Source: Phoronis australis
Lineage: Eukaryota; Animalia; Phoronida
Reading direction: 5' to 3'
DNA: 62,392 bases
NCBI GenBank assembly: GCA_002633005.1
Contig: NMRA01000605.1
Coordinates: 188,920 to 251,311, forward strand
The translations under genes were made by a program, and so were the position numbers. Positions 38,164 to 52,747 of the stretch are shown here, in pieces (position 1 is the first letter of the stretch; the number at the start of each line of letters is the position of its first letter). Below the pieces are notes generated by a model. It had not been told where the DNA came from. It was given only the letters and a program-made list of their open reading frames with translations, and made no database searches.

Positions 38164-41100
38164 TTAGGTTGGTGGGGGTCCACCAGACTGGTAAGCCCTA
38201 GTGTCAGGTACATTTACTGGTTGTCTGAAGTTGTAAAAAGACTTTTGAGCAAATCTATTTGCACTTGTATTCGTGTTGACTAATTTGGATTTGAATTGTG
38301 ACTGGATCTGATCACAAGCTTGAGATGACCCAGAACTGCTGGCCTCGGCAACACCAACACTGCCAACACTACCTGACATGTGACCAGGAATATGTGAATG
38401 TGATTGTGGCCGGACAGCATAATCTGACAGGAATGACCCTATGTGTTGTTGACCAGCACCAACTAATGACCTTAAACCAGTATTGTAAGTCGTGTCAGGG
38501 AAAATAATCCTTGGTTTTGATTGCCAGAACTGTTGATTAGGAGGGGCGGCAAAGTTTTCAGGCGCAGAATTTGGTCGTTTACTACTCGAATCACGCTTAT
38601 ACATGGAGACTGGAACATCAAAGGCTGATGATGGTCTCCTACACTGTCCCATGAGTGACTTAGAGTCCTCAATTACCTTCTGGAACCTAGCCACATCAGT
38701 GTCCTCGCATTGATCACTGACAGCATGCTTGTAGTAAGCTTGTGAATCTCTGTCTGTCTGACCGTCATAATTCAGAACAGATTCAAAGTAGGCCATAGAT
38801 TCCTTGCGTGCGGCGACTTTTCTCTTGGCCTCTCCCAGATGTTTCACGCAATCTTCAAACTCCTGAGTAGAAGTGTCATGCGCAACACCATCGATTACTT
38901 GAGATGAACACGAATAGTTGAGCATACTCAGATTGGAATGTTCCGTCTTACACGATGTGGAAGTGAATGTCTTGCTGTTTTCCAAAACATCTGTAAAACC
39001 AAAATTGAAATTTGAAGAAGACTTAGCTGAGCGCCTAGACCTTTCTTTGATTGTCTTCAAATTATCCAAACGCCTTTGACTTTTTGGCTTCTCCGAATTC
39101 TTAAGCACATGATTGAACTCCGGCATATGTGGACGACTTGAGATTCCGCCGCTTTCCCCCATCTCTCGTGACGAGGGGTCAGAGGCCCATTGCCACTTGT
39201 CATTAACGTTGTCACAGCTTCTAGTCCACGAGTCATTCTGGGCAGACTTGCCCTGAAATTTTGCAGCTCTTGAGTTATTTCTCCATTTAGCATCATTAGC
39301 CGATATGTTCTTTTCAGCTCTATTGAACAGTTTCATACACTCACTTATTTCTGGAGTTATTGAAATGTCTAACGTCTGCAGCTCATTATGTATGGCAGTA
39401 GTGGTGTTTCCCTCATCTGTCACACAAGGGTAACAATTTTCCAAGTTTGTATGTGGTTTTGGCAGTGATTCAGGTGTTTCGCTAGGTACATTACTTGCAT
39501 TGTTCTTGATGGGACAGGCAACTAGAATCGGTACATGAGATTCTTTCCTCGTTTGGTCTGATGGGCTGGATTTATGAGCGTCAGGTGTACCCTCTATAGA
39601 CATCTTATTGATGCGTTGGGTTGGAGTTGAAGGACTCGGGAATTCAAGATCAAAAGATACATTGCTTCTTTTTGATGGTGACATAATCTTTCCATCTGCT
39701 TCAAATGTTGGATTGTCCAAGTCAAGCTTCCGTTTAACACCAGAAGAATCAACTACATCTTTTCTGATCGGCGACTGGTCACAAGATAGCTCCAAATCTT
39801 GTTTCCTGTTATGTTCCGTCCTGTCCTTAGGTGTCACCACCTCCCCCCTCTTCAGTCGTTCATTCTCCTCCTGGAGTTCCTCTACGTACTCGTCACTGCG
39901 CTCCAGTGCACGCTGTAACTTCTTAATGTCCTTTTCGTAACTATCCACCTTAGTCTGCAGAGCGGCCATCGTGTAGCGACCATATCTACAACACAGAACA
40001 TTCTGTTCAATCTCCTGATATCAATACACCCTGTACAATTTGTTAAAGATTCTAAATACATGACTTCTGTCAAAAAATTTAAAACAACCATAAAAACTGG
40101 TCATATATTGTTCCTTAAAGCTATGTCACACCAAACCAAACGTCCGAGCCTGTTCTAAAATCTAGATGAAATGGACTGGAGATAGGTGAATCCATGCAAT
40201 TTTGGTCAAACACACTAACACGCATCCAATGCAACATCGTCCATAAGGTTCTTACAGTGCAACAAGCATCTCCAACGTTAACTCGGTTTCCATTTGGTCT
40301 CAACACCTTGCCACGAAGTTCTTGAAAACATATTGGGATCTATCTTGATGTGGCAGGGATCTTATTCATTTTAGAATTATTTCAGAATTTGGAAAGGACT
40401 GATAGTTTATTATTGCTCAAGACCAGGCTCAAGAAATACGCTTCACTCGGCTTGTCCTTACAAGCGCAATAATAAAATGTCAGTTCTTTTTCAGTCTTGA
40501 AGCCAGTTTTAAACAGAATAAGGAACAAGATGAGGCCAGTTTCAAACAATTAGTGGTCTAAATCATTTATTGACAAATGACAAGTTTATTGCAGCTTTCA
40601 ACAAAATATACAAATTCTACAACATGAAAATGTAGAGCCGCTACCTTTGTACAGAAGAGCATCCAAGAAAGGAAATGATTTAGAGAGTATGGCACGCTAT
40701 TTTCACCAGTTTATAACACAGAAAGAGTTTCAACTATAGAGAGCTATCACTAGACTAGAGGCATTTTGTAAACTATTAGTCCTGCATGCTTTTGTGTATT
40801 TTACGGAGTGACGGTGCAAAAAGTAAAGGTCATTTTGTTAGTATACCATCGGAAATAATTTGAAAGCTCTTTGTTTAATTCAGTTGTGCTAATTTTAGAA
40901 ATATTCGATAATGTGATGAAAATAGCATCATTTGGCAACAAGTTTCCACTAGATTGCTTTGTGGACATATTCCGTTACAAAATTTTTAACAGAAAAAAGT
41001 ATCTTTAATATTATCATCGCAGTACCAAATTATCACTGAAAACATTATCTAGTGCTGCTGTTGTCAAATAGAGGCAACACCTCACATGCTTTAACTTCTC

Positions 41101-44100
41101 AGAAAGTGGTAGATAATCTAACATATTGAAGGAGGCTTCCTTGATTCACAATTGACATGAACTCTGTGACCAGCACCATGTAAGCATCATTCATCATCAA
41201 TAAATTGGAAGAATTTGACACAAATCAAGTTCAGGTTACGAGATCACCAAATTTTACTTCAGACATCACTTAAAAATTGATGAATCAGGTGCCGTGCTTC
41301 CAGAAAATGATTTCCAATTTCTCTCAAATTCCTCAACTTTCTAGCCAGTCATCTCCAGTAAAGTTTCGAGGTCAAGGGCTCAGACCAAAATGTGTTGACA
41401 GGTATACAGCGGCTGTACTACAGCTGTCGTAATGCAAGCTTTACCTTTGTGGAGATCTATTGGCTATTTCCACCCGTAACCTCTGGTTCTCATGAGTAAG
41501 ATCCACGTTACCATCCTTTAGTTGATTGTTCTCCTGAAAAACAATCCTCACCACTTTACAAACTGTTACAACACATACCTAGTGTATCTATTTGGTTCAA
41601 TGCACCTGAATGTTTACAAGAATTTCGCTTTCAAATGCCCAAATTATATTGTATTTGGCTTAGTGTCCACCAGGCCCTGATTACCCAGAGCATTACCCTG
41701 AACAAATAGTAACTGTAAATAAAACATGGACGAAGAAGTTAATCCAGACACAGTGTTCATGTTTGATCTCATTTTTGAGACACTGGCTCAGATGTTGGCA
41801 GAGGACAGTACAAGTGCATCCATCTGACGCAGAAAATTGTTGAAGATCTTTCCGATAAACTTCTATTATTCATCAACGAAAAAACTTGATCTCCGACTTG
41901 GAACAAACTCGCTTGAATGGATAAAATGTGCTTATGCTGTTATTGCTTTTTAAGTGGCTTGGAATGCGATCAACAGACTCATTTGCACTTTTATTGAAAG
42001 TGGTTCTCTGCCACAGAAACATAATTCAACCTGCTCACCAGATACTTTTAGGGCTTGTTCGTAAAATTTTGTAATTTCTGTTCATATCAAAACATTTTCT
42101 TTTAGTTTCAAATCTCAAAAAAGATTCTGTAAAATGCTCGCCACTTCGTCGATTTTTCTCCCACAAGGCAAAGCACATCTCATTATTTGGTATGGCAAGA
42201 CATAGACGTATCACATATCCCTTTTATGGAAAATGTGACCTTTTACTTCAAACAAATTCAAGCAACTGACTGTGAGCGCATTTATCATAAGTGGGAGGTA
42301 GATTAGAAATTCTTTGGTAAATTTCCCGTGCATATTTCAAAAATTGTGAATTTTGCGATTTTTTTCTGGAAATTTCCTCACAAGACGTTGCGAGATGGTA
42401 CTTTCACCAGGAATTGTTCATAAGATATTTTTGACAAGCTTTCACATTCCATGCCTCTTTAAATGCTAACTAAAGGTACATGAAAGTCAAATTTTGAAAT
42501 TATCACTTATATTGATGGTGGCCCCTAAAATTTAACTGAAAGTCACATATTTTCCAATTTCATGTGAATCTTGGACACATGATTTTGCCCAATCATCAAA
42601 TTTGATGTCTGCTGTAAGAAGAAGCAGTCTTGTTCAAGGGTTATTGCCACTGGTTATTGGTCAAACTTTCCGGGAAATATTTATCACCCAATACATTATT
42701 TATGCCAGGAGGATCAAACTGCGGCAGGTGGGCCAACTATGCCAAACATCCCATTTTTACTGGCCCTTGACAAACTTTCTATTAACATCCTCTCACTCCC
42801 AAATCCTCCATTTAGCTTTACTGGGGTTTTGTAAATGAAATGGACAAGAGCAACACGGGGGCACAGTGTTCATCGATCCATCTGAAAGTCGTCATTCGTT
42901 GTCATCCTTCATATAGATACACTAACTCGCTAAACTTGATAAAGATCCAGAAGAGGGCTTAAGAGATACAGCTATGGGCACAAAAAAAAACAAAACTGCC
43001 ACTAGGAGACATCACAGTAGTTGAAAAATCATCACCAACTGTGCTCTTTACACTAAGGACATATATGCCAATTTTCACAACCATCCTTAGAGTGGTTTGG
43101 TTGATTGTAAAGAATAGACAATTGTGAACATAGTCTGTCACGTCGCCGGCGTCAGTGTTCAGCGATTGTTGCCGGGACATTTATATGTAAATGAACTGTT
43201 GGCACTAGTTTGTGAGATCACCACGAGAAGTCTCTGGTAGCGGAGCTTCTGGGGGATCATGTGCTTTTTAGTTAAGTAGAAATATTTATTACTCTTTTCT
43301 TAGTAATTATTAGTAATACACTACAAGGTGCATTCAAAAGTTCGACATGGGGGCTTTAAAAAGCTTTTAACAGTAAATGTTTACACCAGTTTTTCCAGGG
43401 AGTTATTTACGCTAAGTGGCCACTGTTGAGATTGAGATGCTTCGCAAAATGTGTTTTTTAGTTCAACTTAAATCAATGAACAGGAGCTCTGTTTTACATC
43501 TAAACAAAATCACGACGAGAAAAATTAGAATTAACAGTCAGTTGGGCAACATACATGGTACTGCACCCACAGAGGTCAACCTAAACACGTCAGCTAATCC
43601 ACGCTGGTATTACACTGCACACAGTGACTGTAACACTGCTAAAGTTAAAGAATTTGTTTTTAAGACACAAGTTCTTACATTCAAAAGAAAGCATTTTGAA
43701 GATGCCAATGGTTTCAAGACTGATAATGCACATTTTGCAGATGAATTGAATAATTTCTTTGTCAACATTGACTCCACAGTATGCCATTCTTTTATCTCTT
43801 ACCTTCAATCTGATGAACCCAACATAAAACTTGAATTTGCAATTATTGATGCAGACAATTAGACGCCTCCAATTAAAGAGAAAAATGACCGTATTCTGAA
43901 ATTTGCATCTGATTATAATTTTCTGAGAGACAGTGTTTGTGGATGACAATTTCTCTTGGAATAAACACTAACTCTCCCGCACATGTGAGGTAGTGCTCTC
44001 TTTGAAGAAATATTTTCCACCTCTTATACTCCGAACCATCTATAATTCACTGACATGTAGCCACATCTTTTATACGGTATAGCATTAAAGGGGATTCCAT

Positions 44101-47100
44101 AATTGCCGCAGAGTCAAGACAATTGAAAAGAGTGCTTTACAGCATGCCAGTCAGTAAGTTCAATGCACACACTAAGCCCACCTGTTTTAGCTGAGAATTT
44201 TATTATTTGAAGATATTTTAAACTTTGTGTGCCTAAAGCTAGAAATAATTGTTTATGATCCAAAACAAATGAGTCCCTGACTATTTTCTTGGTTTCACCT
44301 CTCCCATGCTTGGCACAGGCACAAACTATTATAATACACGACAAGTAACAGTACTAATATCTATCTAATGTCTATCTATCTGTCTATCTACCTATCTGTC
44401 TGTCTGTGTGTCTGCCTTTCTGTCTGTATGTCTGTGTGTCTGCCTGTGTGTATGTCTGTCTGTGTGTCTGTCTGTCTAACTATCGATCTATCTATCTATC
44501 TATCTAATATTATTTATCTATCTATCTACCTAGTACTTACATTTCCTCTACCTCTCCATCACACTGGGCTCTAAAGAGGACTAATGGCCAAGGCCCTGAT
44601 CAAGTGTGTCCACGAAGAATAAGCTACAATCATGCTATATCCACTAGACTGCTGAGAAAACTACTGTCACAGTGATTGACATGGGATAGACCACGCTATA
44701 ATTTCCTCTACGAAGACCATGGTGAAAAAGTTAAGACACCATATTTATACTGCTCTGTATGTGAACTGCAAATTTTGAACCAGATAACAACAATTTTTTG
44801 ACTTTTGACAGGAAATTCCAAGCCATCTCAATTTTCACACTACAGTAACGGCAGAGAGTTGACTAATGCAACTCAAATACTACCTTCACCGAAACTTTTT
44901 TCTTGACATCAAAACACACCTACCTGTTTAAGTTTGATTATCTCTTTCTTCAATTTCTCATTCCCTGCCACAGCTTCCTTCAATTTCTTTCTTGTGTCTA
45001 AATCACCGTTTTCGCGTCTCTGTTTTACCAAACCTGTAAAAAACAATGTGATTTGGCTTGTGACTTCTTTTGATTCCTGCATGGATGGAGACAATACAGG
45101 TTTTGGACATGGTGTGTCCACCGCACTCCCACTCTGAGCAACAATGTTCTAATTTTGATGAACGAACACCATTGTGCTTAACTCTTGAGCTACAAAGTCT
45201 TTTCACCATCCAACTTTCATCTTGACTAGGGCAATATGATATGATATCAATATTTTAAGGGTCTTAATTTATAGATACCTGTGAAAATGCAGGATGGAAA
45301 TAAATAAACATGTATGGACCATACTGAAAATAGGCTGAATACTGATTAGGATTGAACCAAAAAGTAAAACATTCAAGATAATTGCCAAGAATCAAGATCA
45401 AAACCATCAGTATTATACCAGTAGGTGTCATTTGAATGTCAGAGTTTCAAAAACATTACAGGAGTACTAGATTTTGATAAAAATTTCTTTGTGAGATCGT
45501 TGCAAATCAATTTTTAAAGGGCTGAAAACGGTAGTCTTGCTCAAATTGCCAATTTCAACCCAGAGCTATTCCTAGCTCCTAGTTATTCATTCATACTTAG
45601 CTAGCCTAAATAATAATTATAACATCGTGCTAATGCTGTGCATGGTTACACTGCGCTAAGAACGAGCAGCGAGGCAATGATTGTTCAATATAAATCTCAG
45701 TTGTGCAACGAAGAGGTGGTTATTCAAGTTGATACGGACTATGAGATATCCAATATATAGCATGAATTAGTATTTTAAAAGAGCCCCTCCCCATCAACGA
45801 AAAGCCCCCTCCACTCAATGGATGACCACACTGGCTGCTTCTCATATAGTATTCGAAGAAGAATGTGTTGGGGACATGTTGTTGCATAATAAGCTTCGTC
45901 ACACGATCGAGACACATGAACTGAAAATTAAAGAAAACAATCCATAATGGACTTTATCGTGACCAGAGTTCTGCTGCTAAAACTATGATTTCCGACTGGG
46001 ATACATTGTAATTGCATGTACTATCACTAAGAGCTAAAATTCAGAACAAGGTAAGACACATTATTGCAGATTGCATATAAACCAATGTTACAAATGGTAC
46101 CTGTCCAGCAAACCTGGTACATGGTCTCAGTATTAACTAACTACTTACCAGGACTAGATTTAGAATCACCAACAGCATTGCTTTGGTCCAGCTTGGAGCG
46201 AAGTTCTTTGTTTTCTTTTTTATATGTCTTGATCCTAACTTCTAGCCTTTCAATTTCTTCCTAAAATGTAACAATAGAGTTGTAACCTCTACCACTATTG
46301 TGTCAGAAATCTTCTTAAAATGCAACAACGGAGTTGAAATCTCAATACATTGGTCAGAAATCTTCCTAAACAGCACAACAGAGACCAAACGATCTTAAAA
46401 ATGCAACAGCAGATTGATTTAAAATCAATAACTGTCCAGATAACCAAGAAGGTCACTTACCGTACATGTTAAACAATGACACCACTAGATATGGATGTAA
46501 TGCAACAGACTTAGATTATGCACATGTGGAATGATCAAAACTAGAACAGAAGCACTCACGAGATTTATATGAAATGTGCTACTGTAGTTTGACAAGCGTG
46601 GTTGCCACATTATAATTTGTAACTTGGTCATGACGAATTTCTCTGAGTGACCTTAACTGTATGTCAGTAATAGACAAGTAGTACAATTCAAGAAGTACAG
46701 GTTTCTAAAAATTCTGAACTATATGCAAGACATTTCAACAAGTTTAATGTCAGAAACTGGAACACTTTTGGCAATGCCAAGTGATGTTTTTGTGACGACC
46801 CTAAATTAGACACAATTTCTATACAGAAATTGGAGATGTCACGAAATCATTGCTTACAATGACCAACAGTCCGTTTGTTACACTGACGGCTCTAAACTTG
46901 ACAACGGACAGTCAGGATCAGGAACCTACTTTCCAGACCTTGCAGGTGACAAAAAAGAAAGCTAAATCTCACTGGGTATCACCGTTACAGTCTTTCAGGC
47001 TGAAACTGTCGTCCAACTGGCAAGGGAGCATGAAGCAGTCCTTGGTAACAATTGAAGGAACTCTTCATACTCTCAGACAGCCACGCAGCTATTAAAGCTC

Positions 47101-50100
47101 TAACTAAGCCCAAGATCAACTCCTGTTGTGTCCAGGCCTGTGTAAAAAAAGCTTAACCACCAGCTAATCGAACTGTTTATGTGAACTGGGTTAAAGCCCA
47201 TGTTGGCATTGACGGTAACGAAGCTGCTGACAAACTTGCAAAAGAAGGAGCAAGTGCTCCCTGTTTTGTACCACAACCTTGCATACCAGTTACCTATAGG
47301 TGCTGCACGGCAAAGGTAAGACACTGGGTGCGCAAACTGTCAGTGGATGCATTGGGAAAGCTCTCTGCCTGCAGACAAACTAAACAACTTTTTTCCAAGT
47401 GCTATTGAACCAAAAGGTTCAAAGGAACTGTTGTGTTTAGATAGACTTGCTATAAGACAGCTGATCCAGGTTATTACTGGTTACTGCAAATTAGCTTTGG
47501 CACCTGACATCACAGGCCACATGGCATGTTCATTGTGTCCCAACTGTGGCTTAGAGGCCTAGACTCATCAACACCTGGTGAAGATTTGCCCTGCCTACAA
47601 TAGACTCCCTAATCTACTGATGGACACATAACCTGCTGCCTGGTTAGTTAATACAGGTTTAATAGTCTTTCCGTACTTCTGAAACAAACAGGCAGATTGG
47701 AAGATTTCACCCATGAGGAATCCGGTGATGTCGTGTCGCCATGAGTTATAATCACTCAGGTGATTAGTGTAATGGGCCCGGCCTTGTGGCCTAAACACGC
47801 CTGACGTACCGCAAAAGGCATCAGGCCACCTGCACTCTTTCTTTTTAAAGACATTTCAATGTAACAGTCTTACATCATCTTAAATGCATCATAGCTTTAT
47901 AGACAAAGTATAAAATCTTGAAAACTTTTAACTGTCATTCTTTGGGTATTACCATGAATTTATGATATTTAATAACATATAATAACAGACAGGTTTCAAA
48001 CACATGTTTCAAAATCCTGATCTTTTTTCTTTCAGCACATACCCAGTATGAACATACTGTCTGGCAGACAATGCCCAGTTCCTCCTAAGTTCACAACTCA
48101 TAATTTACACTTGCCTCGTATTCTTTATACAGCAGGTCAAATCTTGCTTTCCTTAGCTCAGGGTTAGAGAATTTCACATCACTTTCTTGATGTGCAAGGC
48201 CACCTACAAGGCGTCATTTCAGATAGACTAGGTCAACATAAAAACAATTACAAATTAATACAAAAATTCCTTGTTACCACATAGCAAGAGCTGAATTGGT
48301 ATTCCAATTTGTTAATAGTTATCTTCATCCTGGAATTTACATGGAACTTTCGATTTCTGAATCACTTCACCGCAGCAACTTGGTTGCTTCACAGTTGTTA
48401 AAGGGCAAAACTCAATTCATAACATAACTTCAAATGCCGCATCTATCTCAGAAGATGATCACTCGTGATTTTACTATGTATTACAAAATAGACACTATTC
48501 TTGACAGAGGGATATCGATAGGCAGTGATCAAAATAGCAATGAAAACACCAATGTACTATTGCCAGCATTGAAATACTACAATGCAAAAACCAAACATTG
48601 ACATTATCTTACAGATGAATTAATTATTACTATGTTCACTTTCTTGCACAAAGACAATCAAAGTAAAACATCTTGAGCTCTTCAACTTGTCTTGGATGCA
48701 TCTAGTGTCTGCAGAGAAGTTCCTCAATCCAAAAAAGTATCTTTTCTCATGTGCAGTTTAGTAATTGCCACGAGACATGTTCACTAGTGAGAGTTGGATG
48801 CATACAAAAAACATGAGAGTGGCGAAGATGAAATAATATCCCATGAGACATTATTCTGCGGAATAATGTCGAGTGGGATGTCATGTCATCTATGTCAATC
48901 GAGGCATGTTTTGAATTTATGTCATACGCTTCAAATTCTTAAGTCTCTTTCAGTTTTTCACAAGAATTTTTAAATAGTTCACCTAGACTGTTCACGTTGT
49001 AGGTCACATCTATGTAAACTATGTACTTGCGTGTTAGGTTACAAGTTTTCGATAGTAGATAGTAAAAGAGAGTTAAACAAAGATGGAAATAATGGTAATT
49101 GTGCATCGAACTTGTAACACATCCTGAAGAACAACAATATTAAACATTGTATTTGCTGAGCAATCGGCGCCTGAGATGCAGACCATATGATATTTAGCAA
49201 ATAAAACTGATACAGGAGTGTCATATAAATTAACAGTTTTGTACCAAATGTTATGTTTGGGACCTGATTGCATTATGAGTTTTATTTATATGGCTGCAAT
49301 TTTATTGCTCTAAATTATTTTGAGAAACTAACAATGTCAAGTTGACATTGACCTAACTTTTGAACTTTCCATGTCAGAGGGCACTGTTAAATTAGTCCCG
49401 GGGATGCAATACGGAAAACAATTATCACATGGCCCTAGGCTCGTGCTAGACTTTTAAAGGTGTTAGCCAAAATGGCTCATGCACTTGAAAACTTAAAGCC
49501 ATTTTCAAAAATTATTAGCCTCCCAACCCACGCAATTGATAAAAAACACAGTTACATAGATCAAACATTTTATTTTTCACGTTATGCACAGGTACTTTTC
49601 ATAATGTACTACGAGAAAAGACATTTGCCCTAAAAAACAAATGATGAACATTCCAAGGTCATATAGTAAGCTAATAAGTTGGAGGGGATGTCAGCCAACA
49701 TGGTTTTTATTATGCCCTAAAAAGTTTGGGTAGAGGTTCCGCTTATACACGAGTTTACTGTGTACGCCGGCCACAAGGCATTTAAATGGTCTTGGCCTTA
49801 AAAAATTGGCCAGGGATTCCCCCCTATACCCGGTTTTACGACGAGGGTACTCCAGCCATGTGGGCATTTTGATGAGCAAGACATTTAGGTCCAAAATGTT
49901 AACATAACTTGGTGATCACGATGTAGAATTTCCCCCCCACCCCAAAAAATTACCCTCTCAGAAGACACAAGTCAGGCACCTTTCCTCTCGGATAATCAAA
50001 GGCAGTACTTTTACAGTTGCTACACTTAGCGAGCTGACTAGGCACAACATGTTACGTATTTTGATTTAAAGATTGATAACAAAGTAGTTCTTCCTGGCAA

Positions 50101-52747
50101 TGTCCGCACTTTTTACTCCTTGAAATGAAAACTTGTCAGTGTCAAGTCTCAAACAATATTTGACATGAAAAATTGTTCGCTGAAAGTTGGTAAAGTTAGT
50201 AATGAATTAGGAGAGATTCATGTAATATGAAAATAATAAATTTAATCATTCATATAAATTACAAGTTCTGATTACAGCTTAACTCGGTTCAGTTTTATCC
50301 AACAGGTAATTTAATACCATCAAGTCGTGAATGCAAAAAGTTATTGGGAGACAGGGTCGCATTTGCTGACGAAATAGTCTTCTATTCGTTGTTTTGACAT
50401 TGTCACTTGCAGATGACAAGCCGCAGCACCTACACAGGATCTTGCTATGAAATGAGAAATTGCCATTATCAAGAGTTGCTAACACCCCCACTGTACAGTT
50501 GAACATTTTGTTGTGGTAAAAGAGTCAAGAATAATTTCAGGGGGAGTGACTGACATGAAATGAAACATTGTCTTGGTATTTTTAGGACTAAGAATCGGAG
50601 TAAGAATGTCGTTTGTGGGTTTGTGGTGCGACTTGATTCAAGCTAATTGTGAATCCACACGCGAGTAAGTTTCCCGAAATAAATTTTTATTGTCAAGTTG
50701 CGAAGGCATTTGTCAAGTTGGTGAATGGACTTAGCTATGTCATCGCTAGTGACGCTCAGAAGTCACCAATGGGGAGCCGGCGAGCATTTGGCGCGAGCCT
50801 CGTGGCCATAATGCACTCGACTTATTCAATGCATATGGGAAAAAGCAAGACTAGAAAATTCAAACTTACCAATGACTGGGCGGCAAGGATTATCTGGAGT
50901 AATTTCCACTCTACACGCTGGACACTGCTGGTTCCGTAGTAGCCACACATCCATACAAGACCGACAGAACACATGGTTATTGGGGCAGAGGACAGGCTGC
51001 TTAACCTGAAATCATTAAGGGTAATGTTGCAAAGCAGATCGACTGATGTCAATACCGTACATTCACCGAAGTACACTACATCATAAATTGATTGAATGGC
51101 ACATGATGAGCAGAGACATGTGACATAGAAATTTTCTTGTGAGAAAAGCAAGTTCACGCAAGTTTTTGCAAGCTATCGACATACAGTTACAAGCGATGTA
51201 GGAGATAACACTGACGAGCTTTACTTAGGTGTGTTTTGTGCACCCATGAAACTTGACTGGCAGAGTTGCCACTACCCCAGCACTGGTTACCCAATATCGT
51301 ATTCGCCCTCATAAGCGCCCAGGGCGCTTATAAAAATTCACTTCAGGAAGGGGGGGAGCGCTTATTACACATAGTGTACCTAATTATCAGAAAGACCCTA
51401 AATATCGGACATAACGAAAAATCTTACTTGAAGCATAATTTGAGAAATAGATGACACCAATTTTTGTTAAACTGTAATGCATTCAATGTCCGGCACTGGT
51501 CTCGTTTTGATTTCACCAAGAGAGGGCGCAATACAGACCCCCAAGTTGGCCTAAAATGGATGATCGCATAAATCGGTTACAAAAGTTGAAAACAAAATCT
51601 GTTTCCACAATGAAATCGTCTCATTGGACTGACATTATGTCACTATTTCATTTTTTCATTTGTTTTTAAACTCAAGTCAAACCCCGGCCGCGCACGTGCG
51701 TGTGTCATAGCAAGAAGGCAAAGAGATACTAAAAACTTCACTGAGTTTGACCTGCTTTAGTCAGCTGCACTGATTCATCGAAACGACTGGTGCTGTCATC
51801 AGATTTCATGTTATGAATAATTTTACTGCGAATGGAGCTGTCTTTTAGCAGCATATATGTCAAAACATTTGAGCTGAAATTTGGCTACAAGGTGCCCGCG
51901 GCCATTACTTGGTTAGTCAGTTTTCTGCGGTGTGGCGTATGGGGGAACATGGTGTCCGATATTTAGGTTCTCCGAAGGTTTGCTAGTTGTGTTTTTTAAA
52001 GATCAGTCAGAACATAAACGTGGCCTTTGGTGACAAGATATAGTAACAGAACCATTCTTCAGGGGTCAAGTCTTTATTTCAGAAAAGAATTTAGAACAAT
52101 CCGTAGTATTTACAAATTTCAATTAAATATAATGCAAAATGTGCCAAAACATCCGACATAAAGGTCGCTTGACAACAGATGCTACTTGAATCCTTCGAGA
52201 CATTCAAAGCCTCATTCTCAGAAGAAGTCTGGCTGTCATGTTTGATCAGCGGCCAACTAGCTATTAAGCATCGGCCATCGTGTTCCGAGTCCAGCCAACT
52301 AGTTTTTTGGGTGAGGTAATCGGTAATCACATTTTGAACTTCGTCTTCAGACAACACGTTTGATCAAAGCTAGGCCAATGGGTTTTGCAGTCCATTGATG
52401 ACTTGTTTTAAAGTCCGGGCAAGTGGTGTTGAAGTCTAACCAATTGTTGATTCCCCCTTGTACTGTCAGTGCCAGCTATTAAAACCGTCTAAACCAGGCG
52501 AGCTCAGCTGGCACAGACAGTCAGCCACGCTAAAAGGTGGCAGCACAAGGCTGCAGGCAATCACTGGGTGTTCAGTGAAATTATTCAGTGTCCAGAGGAA
52601 ACAGGTTCTGTAAATGACGGACCGCTATATGCGAACAGATCACAGACAGTGTTTACAAGTAAACTTTACCTTTCCAAGGCAAACAGAACATGCAATTGGG
52701 AGGGTAAATGCAACTGTTGCATTCGCTTGTTCACTTCTATCCGCCAT
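38164..52747 (-). CDS. OBI1: ORC ubiquitin ligase 1 / RING finger protein 219, 811 aa; exons 52670-52747, 50870-51005, 48115-48203, 46149-46260, 44924-45033, 41445-41533, 38164-39985
   Basis: Spliced RING 'TLPIACSVCLGKVKQPVLCPNNHVFCRSCMDVWL...QCPACRVEITPDNPC', coiled coil and 'NRSPQRYGRYTMAALQTKV...ALERSDEYVEEL' match RNF219/OBI1 from memory. Phases are compatible; intron 3 has a GC donor. Confidence 0.93.
43690..44350 (+). mobile_element. Decayed CR1/L2-group LINE fragment
   Basis: 'ADELNNFFVNI', 'VFVDDNFSWNKH', 'LRTIYNSL' motifs typical of CR1/L2-type ORF2, heavily deleted. Confidence 0.6.
44358..44530. repeat. Compound (TATC)n/(TGTC)n microsatellite
   Basis: Directly visible tetranucleotide repeats. 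Confidence 0.95.
46739..47847 (+). mobile_element. 5'-truncated RNase H-containing LINE (LOA/I-group-like), antisense in OBI1 intron 3
   Basis: 'YTDGSK', 'TVFQAE', 'SDSHAAIKAL', 'WVKAHVGIDGNEAADKLAKEG', C-terminal Cys motif; 12-bp TSD AAGACATTTCAA at 46727-46738 and 47848-47859. Confidence 0.85.
49426..50813 (-). mobile_element. Possible Chapaev-like DNA transposon remnant
   Basis: Imperfect TIRs CACATGGCCCTAGGCTCGTGC / GCGCGAGCCTCGTGGCCATAATG; internal 'FHSKILCRCCG...PITFC' on the minus strand. Confidence 0.35.
51370..52160 (+). mobile_element. ~800-bp non-autonomous TIR element, copy 2 (OBI1 intron 1)
   Basis: Direct, colinear similarity to 18837-19645, including GAAATTTGGCTACAAGGTGCCCGCGGCCATTACTTGGTTAGTCAG. 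Confidence 0.8.

Noticed and set aside
45034-45278. Longer OBI1 exon 5 using the acceptor near 45279
   Set aside because: In-frame stop shortly after that acceptor; exon start 45033 gives the compatible phase.
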